A stretch of DNA of 63,737 nucleotides, filler included, from Collodictyon triciliatum (taxonomy: Eukaryota), in NCBI GenBank assembly GCA_043381765.1. It is 6 parts of 6 records of this genome, joined end to end, with 100 filler letters (N's around TTAATTAATTAA, not from the genome) between each part and the next. Parts side by side here need not be neighbours in the genome. Positions count along the whole stretch, not along the records: positions 1 to 30,318 come from JBHJMP010000880.1; 5 more parts are not named here. One strand, written 5' to 3'. Under the pieces are notes generated by a model. That model did no database searches. It was not told the origin of the DNA and saw only the letters and a program-made list of their open reading frames with translations. The stretch's first letter is position 1. Every line of letters begins with the position of its first letter. Both the position numbers and the translations under genes were made by a program. Positions 15,801-27,858 of this stretch are shown piece after piece.

Positions 15801-18800
15801 CTGTAGTATCCTTAGCAACTACGTTATGTAAATATGCAGACGATGGAATAAAGCAACGGAGGTTGATATTCGAGTATCTTATACATACCCTTAAATCATA
15901 CAGTCTGACACTGTGACAACTCCACAAAGCAACGTTGCTTATGCCATCGCCTCCCGCGACTTGAATCCAATCCACACCAACCCTTTCATCGCAGACCTTG
16001 CTCGACTCCCTGCAACAATTACGCACGGAATGTGGACCTCAGCAAACGCCAGGCGTGTGGTGGAGATGTATGCCGCAAGAAACAAACCAGAAAGGATTCT
16101 GAGCTATAACGTCGAATTCTCGGATATGGTTAAACCGTCTGACACGCTCTTTACAAAGCTGAAGCACGTAGGAAATCGCGATGGGAAGCTGCTGCTGGAA
16201 GTCGCCACAAAGAATCAAGTCTTTACTCATTTATTATTATATCTAAAAACAAAGCACCGATCAAATCGAAATATACTTTCTTTTATTTCCTTTTCAATTA
16301 AAACATATTTAAAATTGCTGTATAGCTATAGACTTATATACTCACACAATATAATAGAACGGCTCCACCGTGCTTAAGGGCTCTGCGGAAGTTACCGGAC
16401 CTCTGACCGCTTATGTTTTTACTGGGCAGGGTTCGGCCGAAGTAGGAATGGGCATGGATTTGTATGCATCGTCACAGGTCGCAGCTGATGTAATGCTTTT
16501 ATTCTTTAGACGCACATATCCTCCCATCCTTTATGCTTATTTCATCTCTACTTCCTCTTGGTCGTAATGAAAAACGGAAATTCTTCTCCAAGAGATAACT
16601 CCACTCTATATTTTATCAGGTCTGGAACCGTGCTGACAAGTATTTCTTGTCCAACTACGGCATTTCACTGCTCCATATCGTTAAACAAAATCCGAAAGAA
16701 ATCATCATACACTTTGGAGGTACCCAAGGAGAATGCATCCGCAAAAACTACCAAAGCCTAACTCAACAAGTTGTGGTAAAGAGAGATGAACAAATAGTCC
16801 GAGAGACCCGGTCTCTTTTCCCAGATATCAAGGACGAAACTCCAAACTTTACCTTCCGTCACCCTGAGGGACTCCTCTTTGCAACTCAGTTTACACAACC
16901 TCTGCTTACTATAGTCGAATATGCGGCGTTCCAAGACATGCGAGACAAAGGTCTCGTGTCTGACGATTCTATCTTTGCTGGCCACAGTTTAGGCGAGTAT
17001 GCTGGTATTGCCTCGGTCGGAAATGTAAGCACATAGTCTTTGTTAGTTATAGCTATTTCAGATTATTCGTTGAAAAGAATCATAGATTAGCGCTACCTCC
17101 TTTTTTTTTTTTTTTGGAATACTCATGGATATGCGCATGTTTTTACCGATTCTGGGGGATTGAAGGAAATTGTTGAGATGGAGCTAATAATATTCGATTG
17201 TTTAGGTTCTTTCAGTCGAAGACTTGGTTGCGATTTGCTTCCTGAGAGGAATGACGATGCAAAATGCTGTGATTCGCAACGAACAGGGAAGATCACAATA
17301 CGCCATGGTAGCTGCAAACCCGTCTCGTGTGCATCCCCGCTTTAGTGAGCAAATGCTGCAACGTGTCGTCGATTCAATCGCTCAAGCCAGTGGAGAGCTT
17401 CTCCAGGTAATCACACGATAACAAATCGACAACTTTGGGCAACCAGTCACAGCAATAATTACAAATCTAAGTACACGCTAACCATTTTTTCATCAAAATA
17501 GGTCGTCAATTTCAATATCGTTAACTACCAATATGTGGTTGCCGGAGAATTAAGTGCCCTATATGTTTTAGAAAGTGTACTGTCACAAATCAGACAGAGT
17601 AACGCACTACCCAAGGTAGTATTGTCTGGTTGCTGATTTTGTTTTTGTAAAAAAATAAAATAAAAAAAAGCACATTAAACTATATTTAATAGCATGTTGT
17701 TTTCTCCGTTTTTCTTCCCCTTCCCACAACTTAGTAGCTAGTGCTAAACTAGCTCATGTAATGCCACGTACAATACTAGGTGGCAGAAATGGTTCCCGAG
17801 TTCATTCAAAAGGCTATCGCCGAAGCGCGCGACAAGAAGTCAGCTGCCCCCGATGGACTGATAAGGCTAGAGAGAGGGCAAGTCACCATCCCGCTACCGG
17901 GCATTGACGTGCCGTTCCACTCCAGATTCCTGGAAGGAGGAGTGCCACCATTCAGAGAGATTCTGAGAAAGACTATTGATAAGAACCGCATCAACATCAC
18001 CCGAATGACAGGAAGATATATCCCCAATCTCACTGCGAAGCCCTTTGAAGTGACAAAGAGCTATGCCGAAATCATATTCCAGCAGACGAAGAGTCCTGTC
18101 ATGGAGCAGCTAATCGCAAACTGGGAGATGGAATCAAAGGACGTTCAGCAAGTGGCCCATTCGATTATTACTGAACTGCTGGCCTATCAATTCGCCTCAC
18201 CCGTCCGCTGGATCGAAACACAGAACCTGTTCTTCAAGGATTTCAACATCGAGCGCCTAATTGAAGTCGGTCCTGCCCCGACTCTATTCACAATGGCGAA
18301 GAGAACACTTGAAATTGGAGGGTTTTCCCCGTTTGTCACCCGTGACCTTTACTGGTACAACCGCGACCGTGCAGCAATCTATTACGAACAAGCCGACGAA
18401 GAGGAGGAAGAAGAATCGCCCCAACAAACAAGTCAATCTTCAGTCGCACCTATTCAGTCATCCTCTACACCTGCACCTGCAATTGTTGCGGCTCCGCCGA
18501 TTCCTGTTGCTGCCCCCGTCGTCGCTTCTGCTCCTGCCGCTGCCGTTCCTGATGCCCCCGTCACTGCCCTCGAGTTCTTCCAGACTCTCCTAGCCCTGCG
18601 CCTGAAGAAATCTTACAGCGATATCTCCGGAACAAGCACGATAAAGTCTCTTGTTGGAGGAAAATCAGCGCTGCAGAACGAACTCATCGGAGACATTGAA
18701 AAAGAGTTTGGAGCCAGCGTGCCCGAAGGCGCCGCAGATGCATCCATCACATCACTCGCGCAACAAATGGGCCGCAATTACTCGCAACTTGGTAAAGTCA

Positions 18801-21800
18801 GCAGCAATCTTGTCCACAAGCTGATATCGTCAAAGATGCCAGGAGGGTTCTCAATGTCCAAGGTCAAGTCATACTTGGGCTCGACATATGGGTTCGGAGA
18901 GGGAAGAACACAAGGCTTGCTCCTCCATTCCCTTGCACACGAGCCAAGTGCACGTCAGCAAAGCGAAGCCGATGCCCAAGCCTGGCTGGATTCCATGGTA
19001 CAATCCTACGGGTCGCGCTCAGGACAGTCGTTCTCAAAGGGAGGCAGCTCAGCAGCGTCTCCAGCAGCTTCTATGAGTATGCCCCAGGCAGCAGCAGGCC
19101 CTGTCCGGGCATCACCGGGAGGTGCCAATATTCCTGACGCCCCAGTGTCTGCACTGGACTTTTTGAAGGTATTGCTGGCTTTGAAGCTGAAGAAGCCGAT
19201 GAGCTCAATCGACTCGTCAGCTACCATCAAACAACTGGTTGGAGGAAAGTCCGCCCTTCAGAACGAACTTGTTGGGGACATAAGCAAGGAATTCGGATCT
19301 GAACCCGAGGGCGCGGCAGAGATGAACCTTCAGCAGCTGGCATCATCCATAGGTACAAAGTACACAAAGCTTGGTAAATTATCCTCTGGGCTAGTAAGCA
19401 AATTGTTTTCAAGCAAAATGTCATCTGGATTCTCCTTGAGTTCCGCCAAAGGGTACCTTGGACAGCAATATGGCCTGAGAGAAGGCCGCATCGACAGTGT
19501 TCTGTTGTATTCGCTCTCTATGGAGCCAGCCAATCGCTTAGCATCTGACGAAGGCAGCAAATCGTGGTTCGACTCTGTCGTGTCATCTTATGCCTCTTCG
19601 AATGGCTTGAATCTGAGCGGAGATTCTGGTGCTGGCGTATCTGCTCCAGTATCCGTTGCGGTGGGACTTCTATGTTCTATCTAATTTTATGCCATTATAT
19701 TTCTTTTTCCATTTTTTTTTCCAAAGAAATACATAAACTGGGCATGAATTTAATGAGTTTACTTTTATGTCAGTATGCAAATCCTGCCGCTGTCAACGCC
19801 CTCCAACAAAAACAAGAGGCTCTCATCCGCGAAACACTCAAAGCATATTATGAATTTTTGGGCGAAGACCCTATGGCTGGAGAAAGAGCACAGAAGTTGG
19901 AATCGTCTCTTCGTGTTGACTCTGAAAAGGCACTTGCTCTGTGGATTAAAGAGCACGGAGAAGCATATGCAGATGGAATCAAACCTGCTTTTGACTCCAA
20001 CAAGGTTAAATCAATGCCATACAAAACATTTTCCCCCTCAAAATGTCAACAGAAATAAAAAAAAAAGTGATGACATCTGTCGATATTTACATATCACTTT
20101 ATGAATCCATGCTGTTAATTACGAATGGCTCACGGTCTGACATAGGAAAGGAGCTATGATTCCTTCTGGAATTGGACCCGCCAGGATGTGCTAACACTTT
20201 ATTACGACGGATGCACTGGAACACGTCGATGGGGTAATGACATTCGTGAAAGATTGTACCACGTGAAGAATCGCTCCATTCCCCAGTTAGTTGATATGGT
20301 TGAATACTACATTCTGAAGGTAGTATATAATTTTTACAATTTTTAATTTTCTTAAAATCCGTCAAGAACCCTCTCCTTTGAATTCGTATTCTTATTTTGT
20401 GAGAATATACGTATCCAATATAAAAAAACTTTATTTTTTCCTCGTAATTTTGTCATAGTCACAAAAAGATGGCCACGGAGACCTTGTTGAGTTTGCCTCG
20501 ATTCTCGCAAACACAGTCCGGTCAGTCATGCACGAGTTACCCAAATATCGTGTCCACGCTACGCCTTTAGGACCATCTATTTCAATCACTAGCGACGGAG
20601 CCCTCAATTACAAGGAAGTCAAGCGCTCTTCTGTGAAATCATTTGTCGATTATGTCAAGGATTTAAGGGGGAAATCTGTGCCAAAACCCGATGAACCTGC
20701 CTCCAGCCTAACCTCCGAAGAGTTTTCTCTAGTTGAAGCAGCCCTTGCAAGCAGCTCCTTAGATGAATCTGTTCGCGCACTTCTGAAAGAGAAGCTTGGC
20801 AATCTCATGGAGAGGGCTCAAAATGCCGTTGTGTTGCCAGAGGAGCCCAAGGTGACCATCAGGTCTCCTTCAGCGACAGATGGAAGTCATCGAGTTTATG
20901 ACCCTGCCCTTTCGCACATGTTTTTAGATACTATGGAAAAGGTTTGGCTTTCTTGTCATTATTTTTTCTGTTCAAATAAATTTTTAATGTCAGCACGAAT
21001 AGTTATGTGACTATCTCAAAATTCTTTCAAAATATGACCTGATTCATGTTTTTTTTTCCCGTTTGTTGTTGTGCTATTCAATGAGTGTACTTACTACGAA
21101 AATTTTTGATGTAAATTTCATACTTAGGTCGCGGAAAGCGGTGTTACATTCCATGGAAAAGTGGCTCTGATAACTGGATGCGGAAAAGGCTCCATCGGCA
21201 TAGAAATTGTTAAGGTGAATCTAATATGTAATCATGATTTCAGCAACTTTGCTCCTCTTCCTCATTCGACATATGCTACGATTCAATGTGAGTCGTGAAA
21301 AGTCTTTTGAGTTTGTGTATTTGAATCAGTTTATTTTCCTTGTAATTTCATTCATATATCTTTTGCTTATTTATACTTTTATTTGCCTTTTCCTGTTTGG
21401 AATTTTTTTTCTTTTTCGATACGATAGGGACTTTTGATGGGAGGGGCTACTGTTATCGCAACCACATCACGATTCTCACGCAAAGGAGCAGACTTTTATC
21501 GTTCTGTCTTTGACAACCACGGAGCCAAAAATAGTCGACTGATAGTTGTTCCGTTCAACCAAGGAAGTCTCCAAGACGTCAATGCTCTAGTCAATTACAT
21601 CTACGATTCCAAGAGAACACTGGACATCGATTACATCGTGCCTTTTGCGGCTATACCAGAGAATGGGAATGATATCAGCTCCATCGATGGCAAATCAGAG
21701 CTCGCACACAGGATAATGTTGACAAACACTGTCCGATTGCTCGGCGCTGTCCGTTCTAAGAAACAGGAGCTTGGAATCACGACTCGCCCAGCTCATGTTC

Positions 21801-24800
21801 TGCTTCCTCTGTCTCCCAATCATGGCATATTTGGATTTGACGGACTTTACGCCGAGAGTAAAATGGGGCTGGAGGCTCTTCTGAACAAATGGAAGTCCGA
21901 AGGCTGGAAGAACTACCTCAGCTTGGTGGGTGCTGTCATAGGATGGACTCGAGGCACTGGCCTGATGTCCGCTAATAATATGGTCGCCCCTGGAATTGAA
22001 GAGGCTGGAGTGCGAACCTTCTCTACATCTGAAATGTGCTTCAATCTACTGTGTCTGATGCACCCGTCCCTCGTATCTGTTGCCCAAGAGCAGCCAGTGT
22101 GGGCCGACCTCACAGGCGGCCTTCACAAAGTCCACGACCTGAATGCCCTGACAACATCCATCCGACAGAACCTGCTTCAGCAAGCTGCAATCAAAAAGGC
22201 CGTTGCTCGGTGAGTTTAAGAATATCACAAAACGGCACTCCCTTTACAATAAGTTTGTCCGAATAGGCGTGTTTTTTTTTTTTTAAGGTGTCAAAGAAGA
22301 AACTAGAATTCGAAATTTGGTTTAATATTGCAATATACATGAAAAAATCATTTCAATAGGACATAGCTTACTGACCTTGATTATTCTTTGCTTTTTTTTT
22401 TCTTTCAAAAAATGCACAGAGACCGCACACTTGATAAAGAAGTGGAATCAAATCCATCAACCAAAACAGCCAACTCTAGATTCGGTCCTATTCGTGGCCC
22501 TTCCTCCGTCACACCACGCGCAAATGTTTCCGTCCAATTCCCTCCTCTCCCATCAGAGGAAAGGCGGAAAAAGTTGGCTGGCTTAAAGGGAACAGCAGAC
22601 TTGGAAAAGGTACTTCGAAACGTATACATGCATTTTTTATCGTTATTTTATTTGCTTTGCTTTTAAATTAGAATTCCAACAATTATTTTCTTACTTTATA
22701 GATGCTTAAAATTAATCAATAGCTAAATTAAAATAGATTGTCGTTTTGACCGGTTTTGGTGAAATCGGGCCTTGGGGTAATGCACGAACTCGCTGGGAAA
22801 TGGAATCCAAAGGCGAATTCTCATTGGAGGGATGTCTTGAGCTGGCATGGATGCTGGGATTGGTTAAGTACGTAAGTTTGAGCGGGAACAAGAAAGCCTG
22901 GGTTGACGCGAAGACGAACGAGCCTGTCCAGGATTGGGAAATCAAGGTAAGATAAATCGAAGCTCAGTTTTACGTTTCGTATCAATTATATAATGCCTCT
23001 AACTAGCTAAATAGTGAGAGCGTACTCTGCAAGTCATTAATTTATAATTCTCGCCAATCAGGCCAAATACGAAGAAACTATTCTGAAACATTCTGGTATT
23101 CGATTCATCGAGCCTGAATTGTTTGATGGATACGACCCACACAGAAAGATGTTCTTGCATCAGGTATAGCTCATTGTCCCATCTCCGAAGTGTAGATAAT
23201 AAAACCGTGTGCTTCTGAGGTTCAAACTTTCATATATACCCCACATCATGTCTAAATAATGTTATTGCTGCATCGTTTGCTTTGCAGATTGCTCTGAATC
23301 ATACCATGGACCCACTTGAAGTCTCACAAGAGGAGGCTGTCAACTTCCAAAGACAGCACGGAGAAGCTGTGGACACTTTTGAACGAGGTGGCGTCTGGTA
23401 CATCCAACTCAAGAAAGGCAGCGTTCTCTACATCCCCAAGGTGCTTATTCACTTTTGCTATCTCCTGAAGGATTAGGACCATAATATTTATCCAGAAAGT
23501 ACCACAAAACCATTTATTTATCTATTTATATGTATTTATTTATTTTTGTCGCATCAGGCTCTTAGGTTCGATCGATTTGTTGCGGGACAAATCCCAACTG
23601 GCTGGAACCCATCCATTCTTGGTATTCCTGATGACATTATCAACCAGGTCGACCCAGTCACACTTTACACATTGACCTCCATGGCAGAAGCACTGATATC
23701 TTCTGGTGTGTCTGACCCGTATGAGTTTTATGAATACGTACATGTTTCTGAAGTTGGAAATACCATTGGCGGCGGTTTTGGAGGAATGAAGAACCTGCGC
23801 GATACGTATCGCAATCGCTTCCTCGACAGACCTATCAAAGGTACAAAAAGAGAAAAAAAAAACCCTCCCAATAGTTCAAAAAATAATGCGACAGTCTCGT
23901 TCAGCTTATGAATGATTTTCCTTTTCTTTTTCGAAGGCGACACGTTGCAGGAGACATTTATCAATACAGTTCCTGCATGGATTAACATGCTGCTTCTCAG
24001 TGGAAGTGGCCCTGTCAAGACACCTGTTGGTGCGTGCGCCACTGCCGTAGAGTCTGTAGAGGTCAGTTTCGCGATAAATACTTAATTTAATTAGGTATAT
24101 TTTTCATTTGTTGCTGATTTAAAGCTAGGTTAATTTATGGGTTTGGGCTGATGTATAGTATTATTCCCTCTCTCGTGTTTAGATTGGATTTGACACTATT
24201 ATGACGGGCCGTGCAAAGATATGTATTGTCGGCGGCTACGACGATTTTGGAGAGGAAGGCTCATATGAATTTGCCCAGATGAAGGCTACCAGTAACTCTG
24301 TCAGTGAAATTGCAGCCGGACGTGAGCCAAGTGAAATGTCTCGCCCAACCACAGACACTCGCTCAGGTTTCATGGAGGCACAAGGTGCAGGTGTTCAGGT
24401 AGATATAATTATTTCGATTTAATGGATATCATGTTGATTTCTCTCAACCTTGGTCGCTTGGCTTTCGTAACCTTGTAAATTGTGGAAACATTCAGAATAG
24501 AGTGCATTCAATTCTATAAATTGATATTATCTTGCAATAACATCTGAATAATCGATAGATTCTGATGACTGCGGCTATGGCCGTCGCTATGGGTGTTCCC
24601 ATATATGCTATCGTCGCACATGTTAGCACAGCCACAGACAAGGAAGGCAGAAGTGTCCCTGCTCCCGGGACAGGTTCGATCATTAAATAAATTTTACTTT
24701 GGTTCCTTTTGATGCGAATTACTGGGAAAAATTTAATAGAAAAATCATGAGATGGTTTGTTCAATTCCATATGAAAAGGCCCTGATGATGAATTTGATAT

Positions 24801-27543
24801 AATGAAATAAAAAATCGTGCAGGAATATTGACTACTGCTAGAGAGGTGAAAACACGGTTTGAGAACCCATTGATGAAGTTTGATTACAGACAGAAACAGC
24901 TGCGAAAGGAGCTTGTTAGAGTTGAACGATGGGAACAAGAAGAAAAAGAAGCCATGGAAGAGGAATTGCTGGTAATTTGTACAATCATGCGATTATCCTT
25001 TAATTTTTGTAGCATATTTCTATCTCTTTTTTTTTTTTTTTAATTCTGTGTGTGCCTATATCCAGTTGGGATGCTTTAGACAATATATATAGGATAAAAT
25101 ACAAACCGTTTGGCACTCTCTAAATGAATTCCTTTTATTCATTAATTATTGTGTTGATAGACACTTTTGGATTCTGGAGCAGTTTCTGAATCTGAGAGGG
25201 ATGTCTGGAGGAAGGAAAGGGCTGAATTGCTGGAGAGAGAGGTTCACAAGCTGAATAAGAGAGCCTACAGCGTTTGGTCGAATGAATTCTTCAAGAATGA
25301 TCCAACCATCGCCCCGCTTCGTGGTGCTCTCGCTGTTTACAACCTCACTGTCGATGACATCGGGGCAGCGTCTTTCCATGGAACCAGCACAAAGGCTAAT
25401 GATAAGAATGAATGTTTTGTCCTCCAACGCCAGCTTGAACATCTGGGACGCTCCAAAGGAAATGTCATTCTCACCATCTTCCAAAAGTATCTTACCGGTC
25501 ATCCTAAGGTGAGCACGTTTTCATTTTTTTTTTTTTAACAAACGAGAGGCATTTTGCACTCTATTAAATTTACATGAAATCTACTGCAGGGTGCTGCTGG
25601 CTCTTGGATGCTAAATGGCCTTGTTCAATCGATGCTTTCGGGCATTGTCCCCGGAAATCGCAATGCAGACAACATCGACCCTGAACTCCGCAAATACGAC
25701 CAGATTGTCTTCCTGAACAGATCTTTGCGAACTTATGGGTGAGTCTATTACCATCGTTCATGAACCAGTCGTACGCATGCTATTTACGCGATGTTGAATT
25801 CTGAATGTAATTGTATTTATAGCTACGAAGCTGGTATTCTCAAGAGCTTTGGTTTCGGTCAAGTTGGTTCTGAGGTTCTCATCATTCATCCTGACTTTGT
25901 CTTGGCCCAGCTTGATGACGCCGCACTCGCGCGATATACAAAGCTCAGAGACCGGTAAATCAAGCTTTTGTGAACGAATAGAAATTTCATGATTGTTTTT
26001 TTTTTCTAAAAAAAAAAAAAAAGATAACTGTCAATGGCTGGACTCTTGTGTGCCCAAGACATGAAACAAGATAGACAGAAGAGAATCTTTTTTTTATTTT
26101 TATTTTATTGAAATCGATCTCTTATTTATTAATTTTGCTTGTAGTCGACTGGAAATAGCTTATAGCCACTGGCAGTCAGCACTTACCGGCAAAGGAAAGT
26201 ATGTGCGTGTGAAAACTGAGCCTCCGTACAGTTCTGACATCGAATCAAGGTAGGCAAGAATAGAATTTGCATATGAGAGTATGTGAACTGCGACTCGAAT
26301 ATGTTTTTATCAATTAGTTGCAGATATTGAAAAGGCATTCATGATAAACAGTGTGTATCTCAATCCAACCGCCCGCGCATCCTTTGACGGGAAGAAAGGC
26401 TCATGGGCTTTCAAGCTGGCAGGAAAAGAGTCTGGAAAGAAGTACACAACAGCTCCGGTACAAGAAGATGAGCTTGGTCCGTTGGCACCTATGCAGCCAT
26501 CTCGTCCAGCCAAAGTTCTTTTTCCATATTTTTTTATTATTACATACAAATAAGTTAATATTATCAAGAGGCAGCCGCATCCTACTCACAAGGCGCACAG
26601 CGGTTGCCGCAAAATTTTATTGACTCTATCATCTTTTACACAGTCTGCAGCAATGCCTCGGGTTTCTTCCTCTGCAAACTTGACAGTCACACTGCGAGAA
26701 ATGGCCGAAAAGCAAAGACTTCCATCAGATAAAGTGATTGCATCTGCTATTTTTCTGGAAGTGCATCTCGATGAAAAACTTTGTGTTTTCTTAATTTCAA
26801 ACTTGTTTGGTGGCTTGAATAATGATTTAATCAACATACGAAGCCATTCTGTTGATGTACGCTATTCTAAATAACTCGCTAATTGCAGGGAATCGGGGTT
26901 GATGCACAATCCATCTCAGACATTGATGTTAGTATAAACAACGACGAGTTTGTCCGTCGCAACTTTACCCCTGCTGAAATAGCACATTGTCGCGCCTCTC
27001 AGGTTTGCTATTTTTCACGTTTTTTTCACTATTTTTTTATTTTACTCTTTTATTTTTGTTGGCTACCTTTTTTTTTTTTGGGTGTAATCATAGCATCACT
27101 CTTGTTAATGTTGGTTTACACAACGACAAATATCAGGACCCGTCAAGCAGCTTTGCTGGGCGCTGGGCTGCTAAAGAAGCTGTGGTGAAGGCCATGTCAA
27201 ACACCGATGTGAACCGCCGCTCAACCAACCTCTGGCGCGGAGGCGGCGCGCCTTTGAAGGATATTGAGATTGTTGCGTCGGCATCTGGCGCGCCTTCTGT
27301 TCTTCTTCACGGGTGCGTCAACTTTGTGCATTTTTCTCTAGCTTCTATCGCGAAGCGTGTCGCATCATACAACCAAAGGCCCAAACCCATGAAAATAACT
27401 CATCCACCTAATTCTCTATTTTTCACCTTCTTTCTTTCAATAGCTATGCTCTTGAGGTTGCTACAGCCCTCGGCATTACGGACGTCAAGGTTACCATCTC
27501 TCACAGCGGAGACTACGCTATTGCACAGGCGGTCGCTCGCTAA
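5587..27543 (+). CDS. Single-chain fungal-type type I fatty acid synthase (Fas1+Fas2 fused): AT-ER-DH-MPT-ACP-ACP-KR-KS-PPT, ~60 exons, roughly 4,200+ aa by hand-summed exons
   Basis: Hand-spliced in-phase GT-AG exons from ATG 5587 (MSDHDTHPAPF...) to TAA 27541-27543. [104 protein letters not shown]: two [93 protein letters not shown]. One N gap (11759-12345) falls inside the ER. Confidence 0.96.
7985..8190. repeat. Intronic compound microsatellite (CCTTTT)n(CTACT)n
   Basis: Seen directly inside a FAS intron. Confidence 0.95.
18545..19030 (+). other. FAS ACP domain 1 (phosphopantetheine Ser at 18665-18667)
   Basis: [22 protein letters not shown]...[25 protein letters not shown]...SSKMPGGF; matches fungal ACP GGKSTLQNE consensus. 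Confidence 0.9.
19130..19615 (+). other. FAS ACP domain 2 (phosphopantetheine Ser at 19250-19252)
   Basis: [22 protein letters not shown]...[25 protein letters not shown]...SSKMSSGF; colinear paralogue of ACP1. Confidence 0.9.
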
Positions 27544-27635
27544 ACGCACACAGAAGAAAAAAAAAACTCAAGACAACGCAAATAGAAGAAAAAAAAAATC
27601 AAATCTGACACTTACAATGTTGTGACTTTCACAAG

Positions 27636-27641
27636 AATAAA
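27636..27641 (+). terminator. Possible polyadenylation signal for FAS
   Basis: AATAAA about 90 nt after the stop, in the short convergent intergenic region. Confidence 0.3.
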
Positions 27642-27858
27642 GGCATGACTCAAAGCAACGGTGGACTTTATGGAATCCAAACGCGCTTTACTGCTTATTT
27701 TACTTTGTGATTAGTCTTAATTTCAATGGTTGATTACATAGTGGAAAAAAGAAGGCAGCGTGTCGTTTGCAGTTAGAACCGAGTAGCCCCTCCCTAGATA
27801 GCGCCGCCCCAAGAGCCAGTTTGCAATAAGCTTAATATTTCGTCAGGATGGGTTGCGG

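Noticed and set aside
5587-27543. Alternative genetic code or stop-codon readthrough in FAS
   Set aside because: All apparent stops fall in GT-AG introns; spliced exons are stop-free, Trp is TGG, and the gene ends at TAA
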